Source: Fimbriimonadaceae bacterium
Lineage (GTDB): Bacteria > Armatimonadota > Fimbriimonadia > Fimbriimonadales > Fimbriimonadaceae
Assembly: GCA_019638775.1 (NCBI GenBank)
Contig: JAHBTD010000005.1
Coordinates: forward strand, 3,345-67,344
Direction of reading: 5' to 3'
Length of the DNA stretch: 64,000 nt
Under the pieces are notes generated by a model. The model was not told the origin of the DNA. It searched no databases and worked only from the letters and a program-made list of their open reading frames with translations. The position numbers and the translations under genes were made by a program. How positions within the stretch are numbered: position 1 is the stretch's first letter; the number at the start of each line of letters is the position of its first letter. This document shows positions 60,302 through 64,000 of this stretch, in pieces.

Positions 60302-62112
60302 TACTTCATCTCCTCAATCACAGCCTTCTGCTCATCCGACTGCGAGACCACCGCCTCCTGAGCGACTTCCATCTGCCCATCCTTCAGCCGCACCACCGTA
60401 TTCACCTTCCCGAACTCCGCGCTCTTCTCGGGATAGTCCTCTCGGAAGTGCGCCCCTCGACTCTCCTTTCGCATCAAGGCCGAGCGGGTGATCGCCTCCG
60501 AGATCGTCAGCAGGTTCTTCAAATCCAGGGCCGTGTGCCAGCCGGGGTTGTACTCCCGGTTGCCAGAGATCGACGCCTTTGTGGCGCGGTCGTGCAGGGC
60601 TTGCAGGCCGGGCAGAGCCTCCTGCATCTCGGCTTCGGTGCGGACGATGCCGACGAGTTTGTGCATCATCGTCTGCAAGTCTTGCTGAACCTTGAACGGG
60701 TTGTCGCCGATGTCGGCCCGCTCGAACGGCTCGACCGCCCAGACAGCGGCCTCATCGACCTGCTTCTCGTCGAATCCGACCGCGCCGTTCTGCTTGGCAA
60801 ACTCGGCCGCGTGCTCGCCCGCCCGCTTGCCAAAGACGAGAAGGTCGGAGAGGGAGTTGCCGCCGAGGCGGTTGGCGCCGTGCAGGCCCGCGCCGCATTC
60901 TCCCGCCGCAAACAGCCCCGGAACGCTGGACATCTGCGTTTCGGCGTCCACCCGAACGCCGCCCATGACGTAATGGCACGTCGGGCCAACTTCCATCGCC
61001 TCGACCGTAATGTCCACGCCAGCCAACTCCTTGAACTGGTGGTACATGCTTGGGAGCTTCTTCTTGATGTGCTCGGCGGCGTTCGGAATCTTCTCCTTGA
61101 TCCACGCGATATCCAGGAAAACGCCACCATGGGGCGAGCCCCTGCCCTCTTTGACCTCGCGGTTGATGCACCGAGCGACGTGGTCGCGGGTGAGGAGTTC
61201 GGGTGGGCGGTTGGCGTCCTTATCCCCACAAACGTATCGCCAGCCCTCTTCGGGGTCTTTGGCGGTCTGATTCTTGTAGAGGTCGGGGATGTCGTCGAAC
61301 ATAAACCGCTTGCCCTCGCTGTTGCGCAGGACGCCCCCTTCGCCGCGAACGCCTTCGGTAACGAGAATCCCTCTGACGCTGGGAGGCCAGACCATCCCAG
61401 TGGGGTGGAACTGGACGAACTCCATGTCGATGAGGTCGGCTCCGGCGTGATAAGCCAGCGAGTGACCGTCGGCGGTGTATTCCCAACTGTTGCTGGTGAC
61501 GGAAAACGCCTTGCCGATACCTCCGGTGGCCAGCACTACGGCCTTGGCTTTGAAGACGACAAACTGGCCGCGCTCGCGGTAGTAGCCGAACGCGCCGGTC
61601 ACCCTGCCGCTGTCCTTGAGAAGCGTCAAGATGGTGCACTCCATGTGGAAGTCGATGCCCCGGTGGATGCCGTGGTCCTGCAGGGTGCGGATCATTTCCA
61701 AGCCGGTGCGGTCGCCAACGTGGGCGAGGCGGGGATACTTGTGTCCGCCGAAGTTGCGCTGGAGGATGCGCCCGTCCTGGGTGCGGTCGAACAGCGCTCC
61801 CCAGGCCTCCAGCTCCAGCACGCGGGCGGGGGCCTCTTTGGCGTGGATTTCCGCCATGCGGGGGTTGTTCAGATACTGCCCGCCGCGCATGGTGTCAGCA
61901 AAGTGGACACGCCAGCTGTCGCGGTCGTCAACGTTGCCGATGGCGGCGGCAACGCCCCCTTCTGCCATGACGGTGTGGGCTTTGCCGAGGAGCGATTTGG
62001 AAACGACGCCTACACTGACGCCCGCCGCCGAAGCCTCGATCGCGGCGCGGAGCCCTGCACCGCCTGCACCGATCACGAGCACGTCGAATTCGAAGGTTTT
62101 GTAGTCGCTCAT
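60301..62112 (-). CDS. sdhA: Succinate dehydrogenase/fumarate reductase flavoprotein subunit
   Basis: MSDYKTFEFDVLVIGAGGAGLRAA FAD motif. Covalent-FAD His context KAHTVMAEGG. The track ORF 60301-62892 has a spurious N-extension over sdhC. Confidence 0.9.
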   Translation of the reverse strand: MSDYKTFEFDVLVIGAGGAGLRAAIEASAAGVSVGVVSKSLLGKAHTVMAEGGVAAAIGNVDDRDSWRVHFADTMRGGQYLNNPRMAEIHAKEAPARVLELEAWGALFDRTQDGRILQRNFGGHKYPRLAHVGDRTGLEMIRTLQDHGIHRGIDFHMECTILTLLKDSGRVTGAFGYYRERGQFVVFKAKAVVLATGGIGKAFSVTSNSWEYTADGHSLAYHAGADLIDMEFVQFHPTGMVWPPSVRGILVTEGVRGEGGVLRNSEGKRFMFDDIPDLYKNQTAKDPEEGWRYVCGDKDANRPPELLTRDHVARCINREVKEGRGSPHGGVFLDIAWIKEKIPNAAEHIKKKLPSMYHQFKELAGVDITVEAMEVGPTCHYVMGGVRVDAETQMSSVPGLFAAGECGAGLHGANRLGGNSLSDLLVFGKRAGEHAAEFAKQNGAVGFDEKQVDEAAVWAVEPFERADIGDNPFKVQQDLQTMMHKLVGIVRTEAEMQEALPGLQALHDRATKASISGNREYNPGWHTALDLKNLLTISEAITRSALMRKESRGAHFREDYPEKSAEFGKVNTVVRLKDGQMEVAQEAVVSQSDEQKAVIEEMK

Positions 62113-62951
62113 CACAGAATCCTCCAATCGGTCCAGATGCCCATGGCGACAAGGCGGACGTAGAGGTCGGCGAACATGACGCCGAACAGGCTGAGCCAGG
62201 CGAAATTCATGTGCTTTTGGTTCAGGCCAGAGACGCAGGAGTAGCAGGCCAGCTGCATCTTCTTCTTCGAGAGGCAGTTTTTGCGACCGCCGATGAGGTG
62301 GCGGAACGAATGGCAGGAGACTGTGTAGAAGGTGAGCAGCACGGTGTTCAGCAGGAGCACCAGCGAACCCACGCCGACGCCGAACTGCACGGGCTGGTCG
62401 GGCATGGGACCGAGTCCGGCGGGGGCGTAGCGGCCCATCTCGCCGACCGGGAACCAGAAACCCTTCCACACGTCGTGCCAAAGCGCCAGCAGAAAGAGCA
62501 GCGCGAAATAGAGGAAATAGCGGTGGACGTTCTGCAGGATCAGCGGCAGGCCGTTCTCTCCGGTGTAGCCCTTGCGAGGCTCGCTGACGGCGCATGCGGG
62601 CGGGTCGGCCCAGAACGCCTTGTAGTACGCACCGCGATAGTAGTAGCAGGTGAACCGGAACAGAGCCGGGAACGGCAGGATGATGAGGGCGGGCGAGAAG
62701 GGCAGAAACGCAGGCCACCAGCTTGGCTGAGGGCCAAACCACGAGTGCGGCGAATTGCCGAAAATCTCTGGCGAATAGAACGGCGACAGGTAGTTTCCGT
62801 GGGTGTAGTTGGCGCCTTGGAAGGCGGCCCAGGTCGCGTAGACGATGAACAGCGAGAGAACGGCGAAGGTGAGGGCTCCCTGCACCCACCATGCGTCGCG
62901 GCGCGACGTTTTGCCGAATCCCCTTCGATACAGCGGGTCCGTGCTTGCCAT
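62112..62951 (-). CDS. sdhC: Succinate dehydrogenase membrane anchor / cytochrome b subunit (single large subunit, b558-like)
   Basis: ATG 62951 gives a 279-aa polytopic protein. TGATG overlap with sdhA. No separate sdhD. Confidence 0.75.
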   Translation of the reverse strand: MASTDPLYRRGFGKTSRRDAWWVQGALTFAVLSLFIVYATWAAFQGANYTHGNYLSPFYSPEIFGNSPHSWFGPQPSWWPAFLPFSPALIILPFPALFRFTCYYYRGAYYKAFWADPPACAVSEPRKGYTGENGLPLILQNVHRYFLYFALLFLLALWHDVWKGFWFPVGEMGRYAPAGLGPMPDQPVQFGVGVGSLVLLLNTVLLTFYTVSCHSFRHLIGGRKNCLSKKKMQLACYSCVSGLNQKHMNFAWLSLFGVMFADLYVRLVAMGIWTDWRIL

Positions 62952-63088
62952 GCGTGATCCCTGCCCTTGATGCCTGCGGCGGGCGGATTCACTAAGCATA
63001 CACGGTTGAAGGGACGATTGCGAAGCGTGGGGAAGTGCAAAATGCTGAAGCGACACCCAATAACCATCTTTCGTAAAATAGATCACCA

Positions 63089-64000
63089 ATGGCGGATTGC
63101 TCAGTTACCAACACGTATGACGTCCCAATCAAGAATGCGTCCGAGGATCGCTTGGAACGCGGTCCATTTGCTACATTGATTGCGAACGCACTGCTGGCTG
63201 ACAACCCTTATGGGGCGTCAGTTATTGGCCTAACCGGAAAGTGGGGCACAGGAAAGTCGTCCGTTGCCACTATGGTGGTCGAGAGAATCAACGATGAGGC
63301 CACTGTCGTGAACTTCGAGCCTTGGATGGTTGGGTCACGAGAAGCACTTGTAATGGAGTTCTTTACAACATTAGGCAAGGCAGTCCTCCCCAGTGGTGAC
63401 AGTCAAGAGGAAAAGCAGGCGCGCTCTAGGTTCTATCAGTACGGCTCGAAAATTGTAGGGGTTCTGGCGACAGGGGCCAAGGCTGTTGGGACGATCGTGC
63501 CCGGGGCAGTAGTGGCTGGCAAAGCAGCAGAGTCCGTTGCCGATGTATTGAGTTTGGCTGCGCAAGGACTAGAAGCCCAATTCGAAAGTCCTTCTTTGAG
63601 GGAAGTACGCGACACAATTTCAAGCGACTTAGGCGAGCTTACTAAGGCTGTTATCATCGTTATTGATGATATTGACCGACTTGATCAAGAAGAAGTTAGG
63701 ACGATATTCCAATTAATTAAGGCGTGCGCTGACTTTCCGAACTTGCGCTATCTGTTGCTATTTGATCGTGAGCAAGTCCTTCACGCTTTGGAAGGATCAG
63801 TTAACAATCCTGACGCTTTCCTTGAGAAAATTGTGAATCAAGTATTTGACCTTCCTGAAGCAACGACAAAACAACGTGCAAATATTCTAGATGAGGCACT
63901 AAGTGCGCTTCAGATTCATGAGGGCTTATCTAGGCAAGACATGGATCGTTTAAGAATGCTGTTCGATGAGGTTTTGCTTCCTGGATTACCCACAGTTCGG
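63089..64000 (+). CDS. KAP-family P-loop NTPase (5' part; runs off the window)
   Basis: My translation: MADCSVTNTYDVPIKNASEDRLERGPFATLIANAL...VIGLTGKWGTGKSS (Walker A)...hydrophobic Gly/Ala-rich insert...AVIIVIDDIDRLDQEE (Walker B). Open to the window end, with lower G+C. Confidence 0.8.
   Translation, partial: MADCSVTNTYDVPIKNASEDRLERGPFATLIANALLADNPYGASVIGLTGKWGTGKSSVATMVVERINDEATVVNFEPWMVGSREALVMEFFTTLGKAVLPSGDSQEEKQARSRFYQYGSKIVGVLATGAKAVGTIVPGAVVAGKAAESVADVLSLAAQGLEAQFESPSLREVRDTISSDLGELTKAVIIVIDDIDRLDQEEVRTIFQLIKACADFPNLRYLLLFDREQVLHALEGSVNNPDAFLEKIVNQVFDLPEATTKQRANILDEALSALQIHEGLSRQDMDRLRMLFDEVLLPGLPTVR

Noticed and set aside
60295-62163. 622-aa ORF antisense to sdhA. Similar long shadow ORFs occur at 7152-8234, 19128-20039, 25610-26371, 31709-32683, 48431-49177 and 53666-54409.
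   Set aside because: All lie opposite genes with strong family signatures. All have low-complexity R/G/A/V/D-rich translations, which is the expected stop-codon depletion on the antisense strand of GC-rich genes.

Overview
High-GC chromosomal segment (spot counts of 60-nt lines mostly 57-72% G+C, with lower-GC patches). It comes from a Gram-negative, PEP-CTERM/exosortase-using, polysaccharide-degrading bacterium. The gene content resembles Armatimonadota, Verrucomicrobiota or Planctomycetota, but the taxon cannot be fixed from sequence alone. I call about 58 protein genes and saw no rRNA, tRNA, CRISPR, transposase or integrase.

Left to right:
- 309-6507: sugar-uptake and sugar-oxidation operon.
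- A secreted beta-propeller/phosphoesterase, then GH95, GH116 and GH78 glycosidases.
- PhyH dioxygenase, a D-lyxose-isomerase-like cupin, an XRE regulator and an MBL-rhodanese fusion.
- 31664->23502, minus strand: eight-gene arginine operon argR-argG-X-argC-argF'-argB-argE-argH of the acyl-ornithine-carbamoyltransferase type. It contains an unassigned P-loop gene X, two probable SD-driven CTG starts, and a palindromic-repeat insertion that extends ArgG by about 79 aa.
- ADH, metallophosphoesterase and MBOAT_2 genes, then a cytochrome-c-fused PQQ dehydrogenase.
- A circularly permuted ATP-grasp / alpha-E / transglutaminase triad, then an orphan DUF1800 gene.
- 42774-46725: seven-gene operon encoding a PEP-CTERM protein, a small protein, three tandem phage-tail-collar paralogues, a Tat-signal protein and a GNAT.
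- Amidohydrolase, metallophosphoesterase and desaturase.
- A lower-GC insertion flanked by a duplicated trmO fragment, followed by several hypothetical operons.
- A four-helix-bundle (23S-IVS-protein family) gene bracketed by a perfect 17-bp inverted repeat made of heptamer arrays, then sdhCAB.
- Right edge: the 5' part of a KAP P-loop NTPase in lower-GC DNA.

Intergenic spacers repeatedly carry phase-perfect 7-nt tandem arrays and one 11-nt array. The best candidates for something undescribed are gene X in the arg operon and the tail-collar operon. All functional calls rest on motifs recognised by eye. No database search was run.
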